A DNA stretch of 64,000 nt. Source: Candidatus Latescibacterota bacterium. GTDB lineage: Bacteria; Latescibacterota; UBA2968; GCA-2709665. The stretch is taken from assembly GCA_965222075.1 (NCBI GenBank), contig OZ244937.1:4800001-4864000 (forward strand), read 5' to 3'. The notes under the pieces were generated by a model that was not told the origin of the DNA, did no database searches, and worked only from the letters and a program-made list of their open reading frames with translations. Position 1 is the stretch's first letter. Each line of letters starts with the position of its first letter. The position numbers were made by a program, and so were the translations under genes. Of this stretch, positions 21,482 through 31,218 are shown piece by piece.

Positions 21482-22797
21482 TTGAGGCGATGCCCCTGAT
21501 TCTTTTTGCGGTGCTATTCATCCTGCTGTTGGCCGGGTATCCCGTGGCGTTTACGCTGGGCGGCGTGTCGTTCATTTTGGGGTATTTGACCTTTGGTATG
21601 CATTTTTTTAACCTGCTCCCCTTGAGAATATGGGGGGTGATGACCAATTATGTGCTGATTGCCGTGCCGCTGTTTGTCTATATGGGGGTGATGCTGGAGA
21701 AATCGGGTCTGGCGGAGGAGCTGTTAGAGACGATGGCGCTGCTGTTTGGACGGCTGCGCGGCGGGCTGGCGATTTCGGTGGTGGTGGTGGGCGCGATGCT
21801 GGGGGCTTCAACGGGCATCGTAGGGGCCACGGTGGTGACGATGGGGCTGTTGAGTCTGCCTACGATGCTGAAGCGGGGCTACCGTCCGGAGTTGTCAACC
21901 GGGACAATTTCGGCGTCTGGGACGCTGGGGCAGATCATTCCCCCCAGCATCGTGCTGGTGCTGCTGGGCAGTATTCTCAACGTTTCGATCGGCGATATGT
22001 TTATGGGGGCGGTGATTCCAGGGTTTGCGCTGGTCCTTCTGTACCTGATCTGGATCGTGGTGATCGCAATGACCAAACCGGATTGGGCGCCGACCATGCC
22101 CAAAGAAGAGTTAGATCGGTTCAGGGGCCGGGCGATGGTAAGACGGGTGCTGCAGGCGTTTGTCCTGCCTTTTCTTCTGATTTTTGCGGTGCTGGGGTCT
22201 ATTTTTGCCGGGATTGCCTCGCCGACCGAGGCCGCCGCTGTGGGGGCTTTAGGCGCTACGGTGTTGACGATTGTTCAGGGGAAGTTTTCCTATGAGACGT
22301 TAAAATCGGTTATGGCCGGAACCACCCACCTGACCTGTATGGTGTTCATCATCTTAGTGGGCGCCACGTCGTTTGGGCTGGTGTTTCGGGGGATGCGGGG
22401 GGACGACTACCTCACCCGGCTCATCCTGGACGCGAATATGGGGCCCAATACCTTTCTGGCCCTGGTGATGGTGATTATTTTTATTGCCGGATTTTTCATC
22501 GATTTTATCGAGATTACGTTTATTATCGTGCCGGTTGTGGCGCCGATTTTCGTTACGTTCGGCGTGGACCTGCTGTGGCTGGGCATTCTGATTGCGATGA
22601 ATCTGCAAACGTCATTTCTGACGCCGCCGTTCGGGTTTTCCCTTTTCTACCTCAAAGGGGTTGCCCCTCCCGAAATCCGAACCGGTCAGATCTACCGGGG
22701 AATTGTTCCTTTTATTGTGATTCAACTGGTCGGGCTGGGGCTGGTGATTTGCTTCCCGGAGATGGCGACTTGGCTGCCGCAATACCTGACGAGATAA
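21478..22797 (+). CDS. TRAP transporter large permease (DctM)
   Basis: GYPVAF, ASGTLGQIIPPS, PTEAAAVG, NLQTSFLTPPFG. Confidence 0.95.
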   Translation: MIEAMPLILFAVLFILLLAGYPVAFTLGGVSFILGYLTFGMHFFNLLPLRIWGVMTNYVLIAVPLFVYMGVMLEKSGLAEELLETMALLFGRLRGGLAISVVVVGAMLGASTGIVGATVVTMGLLSLPTMLKRGYRPELSTGTISASGTLGQIIPPSIVLVLLGSILNVSIGDMFMGAVIPGFALVLLYLIWIVVIAMTKPDWAPTMPKEELDRFRGRAMVRRVLQAFVLPFLLIFAVLGSIFAGIASPTEAAAVGALGATVLTIVQGKFSYETLKSVMAGTTHLTCMVFIILVGATSFGLVFRGMRGDDYLTRLILDANMGPNTFLALVMVIIFIAGFFIDFIEITFIIVPVVAPIFVTFGVDLLWLGILIAMNLQTSFLTPPFGFSLFYLKGVAPPEIRTGQIYRGIVPFIVIQLVGLGLVICFPEMATWLPQYLTR

Positions 22798-22817
22798 GCA
22801 ACCACCGATAGCTACAG

Positions 22818-22850
22818 AAAAAGCCCCGGGTTTTGCCCAGGGCTTTTTTT
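22818..22850. terminator. Bidirectional intrinsic terminator between convergent dctM and dctP
   Basis: AAAAAGCCC-CGGG...CCC-AGGGCTTTTTTT. Confidence 0.8.
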
Positions 22851-22871
22851 AAATGGATGAGGGAGTCGTCC

Positions 22872-23990
22872 CTACAGGCTGATCTTGGCGTAATACACCT
22901 TCTCGGAGACCTGGGACCAACCCGTGACGTTTTTTCGGAAGGCGCTGAAGGACTCGAATACTTTCTTGCTCATCGGGTCGGTTGCCACTACTTCGTCCAC
23001 GACTTCCTGTGAGAATTTCCTCAGAGTTTGCAGCACTTCATCCGGGAACTGCCGGAGCTGGACGTTGTGTTCATTGATCAATTTTTTCATATAGATGTTG
23101 TTTTTGGATTCAAACTCGGAGAGGGTCCACACGTTGGACCGCGCGGCAGCGGTCCGGACAATGGTCCGGAGGTCTTTCGGCAGCTGCTCAAAGGCGTTTT
23201 TGTTGGCGAACAATTCGATGACGGTGCCCGGTTCGTGCCAGCCGGGGTAGTAGTAATATTTGGCGGCTTTGTAAAATCCCATCAGATAATCGTGATAGGG
23301 GCCGACCCACTCGGTTGCGTCGATGACGCCGCGCTCCAGGTTGGTATAGACCTCGCCTCCGGCAGACAGGACGGGCGATCCTCCTGCTTTATCGATCACT
23401 TTGCCGCCCAGGCCGGGGATCCTCATTTTCAGGCCTTTGAGGTCGCCTACGGTGTTGATCTCTTTGTTAAACCAGCCCCCCATCTGGAAGCCGGTGTTGC
23501 CCACCGGCATGGGGACCAGGTTGAAGGGCATGTAGAGTTCCTCCCAGAGCTTAAGCCCGCCTCCGCCCAGGATCCAGGCGTTCATCTGCTGGGCGTTCAT
23601 GCCGAAGGGGACCGCCGCAAAGAATTGGGACGCGGGCACTTTGCCGGCCCAGTAGTAGGAGGCGCTGTGGCACATTTGGGTGACACCCTGGCTTACCGCC
23701 TCGAACCCCTCAAAGGCAGGGATCAGTTCATTCGCGCCGTAGACGTGGATTTTGAGCCGGCCCTCGGACATTTCTTCCACCCATTGGGCCAGCATATCGG
23801 CGCTTTCGCCCAGGATGGGAAAGTGGGGCGGCCAGGTGGTGACCATTTTCCACTCATAGGTCTTGGTTGAACGGACGGACGGGGCTTCCTCCTGTTTGGG
23901 GGATGCGCAGCCAGCCACCAGCGCGGCCCCACCGGCCAGGGTGGCGGCCGAGGCTTTTTTAAGAAAGTCACGCCGTTCGAGCTTGTCCAT
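22872..23990 (-). CDS. TRAP substrate-binding protein (DctP/TakP-like, 2-oxoacid type), Tat-exported lipoprotein
   Basis: ERRDFLK Tat motif, LVAGC lipobox, WKMVTTWP, GNTGFQMGGWF, KMRIPG, DATEWVGP, YYYPGWHEPG. Confidence 0.93.
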   Translation of the reverse strand: MDKLERRDFLKKASAATLAGGAALVAGCASPKQEEAPSVRSTKTYEWKMVTTWPPHFPILGESADMLAQWVEEMSEGRLKIHVYGANELIPAFEGFEAVSQGVTQMCHSASYYWAGKVPASQFFAAVPFGMNAQQMNAWILGGGGLKLWEELYMPFNLVPMPVGNTGFQMGGWFNKEINTVGDLKGLKMRIPGLGGKVIDKAGGSPVLSAGGEVYTNLERGVIDATEWVGPYHDYLMGFYKAAKYYYYPGWHEPGTVIELFANKNAFEQLPKDLRTIVRTAAARSNVWTLSEFESKNNIYMKKLINEHNVQLRQFPDEVLQTLRKFSQEVVDEVVATDPMSKKVFESFSAFRKNVTGWSQVSEKVYYAKISL

Positions 23991-24406
23991 TGAGATCCTC
24001 CAGGTGGCATTCCCAGGTCCGGTCACTGATCTTCACCCAACAGTTCGTCCACGGCCGCCAGCATCTCCCGGAGCCATATCCCGCATCACAGGGTCATCGT
24101 CAACCCTGGGGCGACCGTCGAATATCCCGTCTGTCAGCTCCGGCGGCGGATTGATTCTCAGAGGCTGTCACACGTTTTGGTCATCCTACCAAATATAATG
24201 TGACTCCGGCTTTCGTGCAAGAAAAAGGCCACAGGGTCGCTCCTCCTGGGGATCGGTCGCTGGGCGCAGCTGCGCATGTTGAATTTTCTATTGTTGGTCA
24301 AAATCTGTTTGACAAACAGCGGTTTGAGTTTCCGCTTGAACCATGCCCGCGATTGTATTATTATGGATGCGTTGGTTCAACCCGTCTGCGGTTAGAGGGA
24401 GGGCGT

Positions 24407-24703
24407 ATGGGAACTGTAAAAAGAGCGGATCTGGCACGTATTCTTTCCAGCGAGTTGGGCTGCAGCAAGACACTGGCCCGGCCTGCCGTGGATACGGCGT
24501 TTGAGGCCTTGATCGGCGCCATCAGCCGGGGGAACCGGGTTGAGATTCGGGGGTTTGGGGCCTGGACCGTTAAGGAGACGAACGCACGGCCGGACGCCCG
24601 TAATCCCAAGACAGGGGAACGGGTCTTTGTGCCTGCGCGGCGGAAGGTGGCTTTCAAACCCGGCAAAATTCTCAAGGAGGCGCTTTCAAGATCATCGCCA
24701 TAA
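24407..24703 (+). CDS. Integration host factor / HU family protein (second paralog)
   Basis: RVEIRGFGAW, ARNPKTGE, FKPGKILKE; RBS GGAGG. Confidence 0.9.
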   Translation: MGTVKRADLARILSSELGCSKTLARPAVDTAFEALIGAISRGNRVEIRGFGAWTVKETNARPDARNPKTGERVFVPARRKVAFKPGKILKEALSRSSP

Positions 24704-24853
24704 CCGGCTCAGGGAAAGGTACAACCGTCTGCCTGCGGCCAAGTATCTGGGCGCTCAACGCACGTTGATCAAACCCTTCTTTACCAGGGAGGAAATGCTG
24801 GGGGTGGTGTAGGAGGGTTTGGATCAGGGTTGAAAGAAAAGGGGAGATAGTGT

Positions 24854-25096
24854 ATGGCGGATTTTGCCGAACGAAAAGTTGGCGCGTTAATGGTTCGTAT
24901 CGATCGGATGACGTGTGCGGCCTTCAAAGATTGCATCGGACTGGCCCCCGAGGCGTTCGAGCTTGGCGAGGACGACATTGTGGCGTTCAAGCATCCCGAA
25001 CAGATAGACCGGGAGAGGCTGATCGAGGCCTGCGCCATCTGCCCTGTCAATGCGCTTATTGTTCTGGACGAGAATGGAAATCAGATTGTACCGTAA
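24854..25096 (+). CDS. Single-cluster ferredoxin ([3Fe-4S]/[4Fe-4S] type)
   Basis: IDRMTCAAFKDC..APEAF...CPVNAL; RBS GGGAG. Confidence 0.85.
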   Translation: MADFAERKVGALMVRIDRMTCAAFKDCIGLAPEAFELGEDDIVAFKHPEQIDRERLIEACAICPVNALIVLDENGNQIVP

Positions 25097-25221
25097 AGCA
25101 CAGCGGGCAAAGCATATAGCGTTCCTGTTTTTGGCGCTATACGCTTTGCCTTTTCTCTTACGTCCAGCGAAGTAGCTGCTGCCCCTCCATTTTGAAATCT
25201 TCCAATCCGCAATATGCATCC

Positions 25222-25539
25222 CTATTGCATCGGTGAGAAGGCGGTGGGGATGAGGACGTGGGAGATAACTTCGTCGACGATGGGGCCGTTGGCCTCGGTT
25301 TTGTCCCGGGCTGCGATCCAGTCGGGGTCGGCGCGAAAGGCGTCCCAGGCCTTTTCCATGGCCTCCTCGCTTTCGTATTTGCAGATGTAGACGAGTTCGT
25401 TGACGTCCGTCCGGGTCCAGAAGCCGACGACCTGGATGCTGTGCTTGTCGAAGAGGTTGAAGGTGATCGTTTCAAACCGGTTGAGGATGTCCGGCATCCG
25501 TCCACCGGGGATTCTATAGGTGCGGAGTTCATAGACCAT
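25222..25539 (-). CDS. NIPSNAP family protein
   Basis: YELRTY..., LFDKH..VGFW, WDAFRADPDW, L.PT.FSP. Confidence 0.92.
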   Translation of the reverse strand: MVYELRTYRIPGGRMPDILNRFETITFNLFDKHSIQVVGFWTRTDVNELVYICKYESEEAMEKAWDAFRADPDWIAARDKTEANGPIVDEVISHVLIPTAFSPMQ

Positions 25540-25717
25540 TGGGGCCTCCTTTTTGTGACCCGGTTCGAGGTAGGGCGTGGCGGGTCCTTTTTGTCTGAGA
25601 CGTGGGGCCTCTTTATAGTAAACGAAATCCGGGCAGATGAAAAGGCCTGATTTCGGAATCTCGCGGCTGCCCTAACGATCCACGCGTTTGCCTACGTTTA
25701 CGCCCGTCGCCACTATA

Positions 25718-27652
25718 CTACTCCTCACTTCGGACGGCCAATTCGACCGGCCCGTCGAGGCGGCGATTCAACCACAGCCAGAGTTCGTCGTGCCGCGCCG
25801 GTTGGACGAACACGTCACCGTCGCTGGCTGGCTGGCCGTCGAGGGTGCAGAGCGGCTCGGCACCCGCCGGCCAGTTGCGGATCGTGAAACCCGCGGCCCG
25901 GCGGGGGACGGCGCCCGGGTCCAGCTTCACGTTCACGGCACCGCCGTTGGCCGCCACGACATAGCGCCCCGAGGCGCGGTCGAAGCAGCCGTCGAAATCG
26001 ATCGCCTCTCGCGGCTGTTCCAGGGTCGGGTCGTAGGTGACGGTCCGGCCCACGACGGCCTCGACCCCCATTGGGGCCGTCCAGTCGTCCCTCAGGTTCA
26101 GCACCTTCTGCTCGGGGTCGGCTTCGCCGCGGCACCAGCTGACGAGGGTTGAGTAGGCGTATTCGATTCCAGGCGTGGTTGGAGCGATACGGAAGTCGTG
26201 GCTGGCCGTCAGGCCCCGAGGGCACTGCCAGGCGAACAGGCTCGTCGGCAGGTCCGCATCCGCGGGGTAGCGCAGGTCGATCACGGCCAGCAGCCACCAC
26301 CGCGAGCCGCCCAGATCGAAGGGAAAAGCGGCGGCTACGGGAAAGGGCATCGCCTCATGGCGCATCCGCTGCGTATCGCCGGTGGCGGGCAGGGTCCAGG
26401 GCCGAAAGGATCGCTCGCCCGCCAGTGCGACGCGGGCCGGGCCGGCCATGATTCGCCCGAGAAGGTCGAAGTCCGGCCCCACCGAACGTCGCACCCAGGT
26501 CAGGACCTCGTCGGCGATGACGATTCGGTCCGGATAGAAGTTCACCTGGCCGCGAGCCGCGCCCCGGATGTCTCGGGACTGATCGAAGAACTTCGGCATC
26601 GGGCCCTGCCAGGTCACGGTGGTGGCAACAGGCCCCGCAGCCACGACCTGCTGGCGGGCGTCCTGCGTGAATTTCAGCTCCGAGCCGCCGATGTGCCCGA
26701 ACTGGATTCCACTTTCCCAGCAGAGGTTCTGGTCGGGGGCTTCGCTTTCAAGAAGCTGCAGCAAGGACACATTTCCCGGCCTCAGGACCGCACGGTAGGC
26801 GTCACGTTTGATCGTGTGTCTCGGCACAGGCTGTGTGGTGGTCATGGACCACCGGCGCCAGTGGACGCTTCCCGCTGTTGCGAACAGGCCGGCGACCGTG
26901 ACGCCTCCCATGAAACCCTCGTCCGCCTCGAGCACCACGGCGCCGTCGACGCAGACCTGTTGCTTTGATCCATTCAGATTCCAGACCAGTTCGGTCGGTC
27001 TTCGGCTGCCGAGAGCCTGGCCCTCGGCGAGGGTGGCGCACGCCTGCTTCACGGCGGTTCCTCCGGCACGCACCAGTCGCAGCCGCAAGGTATCCGGCCC
27101 TCTACGGCACTCGAGTCGGATGTGGGCGAACGCGTTGTAGTGGCGGGCGATCAGGCCCCAGGAAACGTTTTCGTTCGGCGGGTCGTCGAGCACGTACTGG
27201 GCCCGCATCTCGCCGTGCATCTCGCCCTCGGCGAACAGATAGGCCGCGTCGGAGGCGACGCCCAGGCTCTCTGACCCCGGCTCCCACCGGCCACATGTCT
27301 GCCAGCGCCGCCTGCCTGCGCGGCGCACCGCGCTGCAGGCAGGCGTGAGGCTCAGCTGCTCGGCGCTGACCGATGTCAGGTCGAAGTCGAACAGAGTGCG
27401 CTCGGCGACGTTGAACGACGCCGCGTCGGACCTGCCCGGCTCCCACGTGTATCGATACTGCCCCGCGGGCAGCACGCTGCCGCCCACGAGCGGGCCCATG
27501 AAGTCGCCGTGGTGGGCGTCTACGCGGACGGCGTCCGTCTCTGGAGCCAGTCCGTGGCTGCGCCATACGAGGCGTCCGTCGTCCACCCGCTCGACCTTCA
27601 CGCGGACGGCGGGTCTCTCACCGATCAGCAGCGTTGGATTGCCGTAAGACAT
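25718..27652 (-). CDS. Hypothetical protein (about 644 aa), possibly carbohydrate-related beta-sandwich; contains an in-frame palindromic segment
   Basis: Start MSYGNP at 27652 directly after the SDR gene; the 5' extension in the ORF track is off-frame SDR sequence. Confidence 0.7.
   Translation of the reverse strand: MSYGNPTLLIGERPAVRVKVERVDDGRLVWRSHGLAPETDAVRVDAHHGDFMGPLVGGSVLPAGQYRYTWEPGRSDAASFNVAERTLFDFDLTSVSAEQLSLTPACSAVRRAGRRRWQTCGRWEPGSESLGVASDAAYLFAEGEMHGEMRAQYVLDDPPNENVSWGLIARHYNAFAHIRLECRRGPDTLRLRLVRAGGTAVKQACATLAEGQALGSRRPTELVWNLNGSKQQVCVDGAVVLEADEGFMGGVTVAGLFATAGSVHWRRWSMTTTQPVPRHTIKRDAYRAVLRPGNVSLLQLLESEAPDQNLCWESGIQFGHIGGSELKFTQDARQQVVAAGPVATTVTWQGPMPKFFDQSRDIRGAARGQVNFYPDRIVIADEVLTWVRRSVGPDFDLLGRIMAGPARVALAGERSFRPWTLPATGDTQRMRHEAMPFPVAAAFPFDLGGSRWWLLAVIDLRYPADADLPTSLFAWQCPRGLTASHDFRIAPTTPGIEYAYSTLVSWCRGEADPEQKVLNLRDDWTAPMGVEAVVGRTVTYDPTLEQPREAIDFDGCFDRASGRYVVAANGGAVNVKLDPGAVPRRAAGFTIRNWPAGAEPLCTLDGQPASDGDVFVQPARHDELWLWLNRRLDGPVELAVRSEE
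27311..27343. repeat. 33-bp palindromic element inside a CDS
   Basis: CCTGCCTGCGCGGCGCACCGCGCTGCAGGCAGG, identical to 35817..35849. Confidence 0.9.
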
Positions 27653-27672
27653 AGGGTCAGCCTGAGGATTGT

Positions 27673-28449
27673 TCACCGTTTCAAGATTCCCCCGTTTACG
27701 TCGATCGTGGCCCCGGTAATGTACGAGCCCATCGGGGAGGCCAGGAAGAGGGCGGCGTAGGCGATGTCTTCGGGGACGCCCAGCCGGGCGAGGGGGATGA
27801 TGCTTTCGATCTCCCTGCGTTTTTCGGGGGCGAGGCCTTCCGGGTTGGTGTCGATGACGCCGGGGGTGATGGCGTTGACCGTGATGCTGGCGGGGGCCAG
27901 GTCGCGGGCGAGGGTTTTGGTCATGGCGATCATGCCGCCCTTGGAACTGGCATAGTGCACGCCGCCGGAGACGCCGCCGGTCTGGCCGCTGATGGAGGCG
28001 ATGTTGACGATCCTGCCGCTTTTCTGTTTTTCCATGAGCGGGGCGACCGCCCGGGCGCAGAAGTAGGCGCCGGTGAGGTTGGCGGAGATGACCCGGTCCC
28101 ACTCCGCCGGGTCGATGCCAATGTACGGGCCGGGGCTGATCAGGCCGGCGTTGTTGACCAGGATGTCGATTCTGCCGAAGGTGTCCAGGGTCTGCTGCAC
28201 GACCTGGTTGACCTGGGCTTCGACGGCGACGTCGGATGGGAGGGCGAGGACGGCGGTCTCCTCATCTTCCGCCGAGAGTTGGGCGGCGACGTCCTGCAGG
28301 GGGCCGGGCGTGCGGGCGGTGAGGGTCAGGTTCGCGCCGGCCTGTTTAAAGACTTTGGCGATGCTCCTGCCGATGCCCCGGCTGGCGCCGGTGATGAGGG
28401 CGACCCGGCCGGAGAGGTCCAGCAGGTGGGTGAGAGATTGTACGGGCAT
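27673..28449 (-). CDS. Short-chain dehydrogenase/reductase (FabG-like)
   Basis: TGASRGIG, NNAG, YASSK, ITGATIDVNGG. Confidence 0.93.
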   Translation of the reverse strand: MPVQSLTHLLDLSGRVALITGASRGIGRSIAKVFKQAGANLTLTARTPGPLQDVAAQLSAEDEETAVLALPSDVAVEAQVNQVVQQTLDTFGRIDILVNNAGLISPGPYIGIDPAEWDRVISANLTGAYFCARAVAPLMEKQKSGRIVNIASISGQTGGVSGGVHYASSKGGMIAMTKTLARDLAPASITVNAITPGVIDTNPEGLAPEKRREIESIIPLARLGVPEDIAYAALFLASPMGSYITGATIDVNGGILKR

Positions 28450-28555
28450 AATTCCTCCGGAGAAATTGCTGTCGAATGGATGGTTGTATAATATACAACC
28501 TCGCCGTATAATAGCAAGCGCGCCTGGAGGCGTTTGCCGTTTCATACGAAGACTT

Positions 28556-28637
28556 ACCACGGAGACCCGGGAACCGCAGAGAGAACCGGATGGTAACCCC
28601 TTTTTGCCTTTCTCCGCGTCCTCTGCGTCTCCGCGGT
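28556..28637. repeat. Intergenic imperfect palindrome built from about 9-bp units (ACCACGGAG...CTCCGCGGT family)
   Basis: ACCACGGAGACCCGGGAACCGCAGAGAG ... CTCCGCGTCCTCTGCGTCTCCGCGGT; related partial copies near 20560-20610, 38697-38715 and 56551-56566. Confidence 0.65.
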
Positions 28638-28660
28638 TCAAAAGGGGAGGGCTATGCACT

Positions 28661-29926
28661 ATGGCGTCGGAATGTTGCGAGAAGCTGGATCTGCTGCTGA
28701 AAGGGGGCCGGGTGATCGATCCGGCCAACCATGTGGATGCGGTTCGGGATGTGGGCATTCGGAAGGGGAAGATCGCCCGGATGGAAGAGACGATCCCGGC
28801 CGGTGCGTCGGCGCATGTGGTGGACGTATCGGGGTTGCTGGTGACGCCGGGGCTTATTGATATTCACGTTCACGCCTACATCACGCGGCAACCCCGGAGG
28901 CCCGGACTTTTTATGGACAGTTTGAACGCGGACGCCCACTTCCTGGGGTCGGGCGTGACAACATGCGTGGATACCGGCAGCGCGGGGAGCGAGGAGGTGG
29001 GGCATTTCAGGGAGACGGTGATCGAGAGATCGATCACGCGGATTCTGGCTTATGTGAATATTTCCGCGCCGGGGATGGGAGATCCCGAGCAGAATATCGG
29101 GACGTTCGATGTGGACGCCGCAGCCGGGGCCGGCACGGCGCACGCCGACGTGGTGGTGGGCATCAAGACGGCGCACTACTGGCCCCGGGAGCCGTTCGAC
29201 GCAGAGCATCCCCCCTGGGAGTCGGTGGAACGGGCGGTGCAGGCGGGAGAACGTTGCGGAATGCCGGTGATGGTGGATTTCTGGCCGCGACCCCCGGAAC
29301 GGCCCTACCCGGACCTGATTCTGAAGATGCTCAGGCCGGGGGATATTCACACCCATGTGTTCGCCCGGCAGTTTCCGGTCATCGATGAGAAGGGGAAGGT
29401 CTACCCGTATATGTATGAGGCCCGGGAGCGGGGGATCTGGTTCGACCTGGGCCATGGAAGTGCGAGCTTCTGGTTCCGGAACGGGGCGCGGGCGATTGCC
29501 GAAGGGTTCGTGCCCGATTCGATCAGCACGGACCTGCACATGGGCAACATCCGGGGGCCGGTGTTCAGCATGTTGAGTACGATGTCCAAGTGCCTGGTGA
29601 TGGGCATGCCCTTAGAGGAGGTGATCTATCGGTCCACGGTGACGCCCGCCCGGGCGATTCGACGTCCGGAGCTGGGGACGTTGAGCGTGGGGGCCGAAGC
29701 GGATGTGGCCGTGCTGGAGCATCTGAAGGGAGAATTTTCCTACCGGGATTGCGGGCACACCCGGATGGACGGCGAGGACCGGCTGGTTTGTAAGCTGACC
29801 CTCAGAAAAGGAGAGGTGGTCTGGGACCGGGACGCGATGACGGTGCCCGGGTGGGAAGACGCCCCGCCCGATTACTGGGAGGTGCCGGAGGTGCCGGTGA
29901 AGGTCCGGCGACACTGGCGGGATTGA
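28661..29926 (+). CDS. Amidohydrolase/deacetylase family metallohydrolase (dihydroorotase-like)
   Basis: LKGGRVIDP, PGLIDIHVH, GVTTCVDTGS, LRPGDIHTH, DLGHG..SF, SISTDLH. Confidence 0.9.
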   Translation: MASECCEKLDLLLKGGRVIDPANHVDAVRDVGIRKGKIARMEETIPAGASAHVVDVSGLLVTPGLIDIHVHAYITRQPRRPGLFMDSLNADAHFLGSGVTTCVDTGSAGSEEVGHFRETVIERSITRILAYVNISAPGMGDPEQNIGTFDVDAAAGAGTAHADVVVGIKTAHYWPREPFDAEHPPWESVERAVQAGERCGMPVMVDFWPRPPERPYPDLILKMLRPGDIHTHVFARQFPVIDEKGKVYPYMYEARERGIWFDLGHGSASFWFRNGARAIAEGFVPDSISTDLHMGNIRGPVFSMLSTMSKCLVMGMPLEEVIYRSTVTPARAIRRPELGTLSVGAEADVAVLEHLKGEFSYRDCGHTRMDGEDRLVCKLTLRKGEVVWDRDAMTVPGWEDAPPDYWEVPEVPVKVRRHWRD

Positions 29927-30005
29927 AGACTTTTTTGTTTAACCGCTATGGCTATTTGAGCTAAGCGCGACCGGCAGGATGTGGATGTAGAAATAGACGG
30001 TCTTT

Positions 30006-30758
30006 TCAGAGGGTGGCTTCCACACTGTCGGGCCGGTGGCCCACAGAGGGCACCGCCAGGATGCGCTTCTGCTGTTCGGTGAGGTCGCTGAATTCGTCCA
30101 GGGTGTAGTAGTTTTGAGACCAGGCGGAGTGCCCGGGGCTGTATTTGTAGAGGAGCGACCTCCGTTCGCGGTCGGCCGTCCAGGGCAGGGTGCCGTGGAT
30201 GAGGGCCTCGGTGAAGATGAGGGCGTCGCCCGCTTCGGCTTCGGGCTGGACAACGTAGTGCGCCGGGCGTTCGAAGGCGCGCACGTCTTTTGGAAGGCTG
30301 GTGACGAAGTTGGATTTGTGGCTGCCGGGGATACAGGCAAACCCGCCGTCGCCGGCCTTTGCAGGGGCAAGGAAGTAGGTGACGACGGTGAGGCCGTTTC
30401 GCATGACGCCGTCTTTGTATTTGTACCAGTGATCCGGCGCCCGGTCGGTTTCCCCGCCGTGGAGGCCGCCCCGTTTTCCGCCTTTTGTCATAAAGATGCA
30501 GTAGTCGTGGTCGATTCTGAACTTGGGGCCTAAGAGTTCGGAGAGGTAGGGGACGATTTTGGGATGGTCGATGAGGTCCTGAAAGGCGGGCCCCCAGAGG
30601 GTGACCCGGCTGACGCCGCGGGTGCCGGTTTCGTCGTAATTGGAGGGAAAGACCTCGTCGGTGGTGGCGTTCATGTCGGCCACTTCCCGGGGGGTGAGGA
30701 CGTTTTTGACGACGAGGTAGCCTTCCAGGTCGAACATGAATTTTTCTTCAGAGGTCAC
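30006..30758 (-). CDS. Phytanoyl-CoA dioxygenase (PhyH) family Fe/2OG enzyme
   Basis: FDLEGYLV, IPGSHK, AGDALIFTEALIHGT, RRSLLYKY; GTG start with RBS AGGAG. Confidence 0.88.
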   Translation of the reverse strand: MTSEEKFMFDLEGYLVVKNVLTPREVADMNATTDEVFPSNYDETGTRGVSRVTLWGPAFQDLIDHPKIVPYLSELLGPKFRIDHDYCIFMTKGGKRGGLHGGETDRAPDHWYKYKDGVMRNGLTVVTYFLAPAKAGDGGFACIPGSHKSNFVTSLPKDVRAFERPAHYVVQPEAEAGDALIFTEALIHGTLPWTADRERRSLLYKYSPGHSAWSQNYYTLDEFSDLTEQQKRILAVPSVGHRPDSVEATL

Positions 30759-30799
30759 AGCTGTGCTCCTTTCCTGATATGGATTTTTCGGGAAGCCGT

Positions 30800-31135
30800 T
30801 CAAAACCCTTTGAGCCATTCAAAATAGGCTTCGAGCCATTCAAAGCCTTCCGGGAGGGGTTCAGCCCACTCCAGCGATGTGATGTCTATGGGATAGGTTT
30901 TGCCTTTGTGTTTGCAGATGGTTTTGAGGCCCAGGCCCGATTCCGGCCACTCGAACCCCGTTATTTCCACAGTTTCTCCCAGGAGTTTCGCTTTGAATGG
31001 ACAGACAACGTTGTCTTCGATCATGGTCAGAAGACCCGTGTGCTGCTCGTCTTCTCCATAGGCATCTACGGTTGCCTCCTCGATGAGTTCCTCAAGGCGT
31101 TCGGGATCTGTGATCGTCTTCCTGCGTTTTGCCAT
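30800..31135 (-). CDS. CcbP-like (calcium-binding family) small acidic protein
   Basis: LIEEATVDAYGEDEQ..G....IED...PF.A...G, W+EAY..W pattern. Confidence 0.75.
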   Translation of the reverse strand: MAKRRKTITDPERLEELIEEATVDAYGEDEQHTGLLTMIEDNVVCPFKAKLLGETVEITGFEWPESGLGLKTICKHKGKTYPIDITSLEWAEPLPEGFEWLEAYFEWLKGF

Positions 31136-31218
31136 GGGTTGTTCCTCCTGGCCTAAGCGTTGGGTATCGGCGGTCAACGTCCGCCTGTGCCTTTTGCTTC
31201 TCGTTTTTTTGCTGGCCG

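Noticed and set aside
27653-28660. Long N-terminal extensions of ORFs 25718..28102, 28073..29926 and 27673..28758 (likewise 38714..40687 and 61529..63376)
   Set aside because: They overlap neighbouring real genes; downstream starts match the family N-termini, so these are not fusions.
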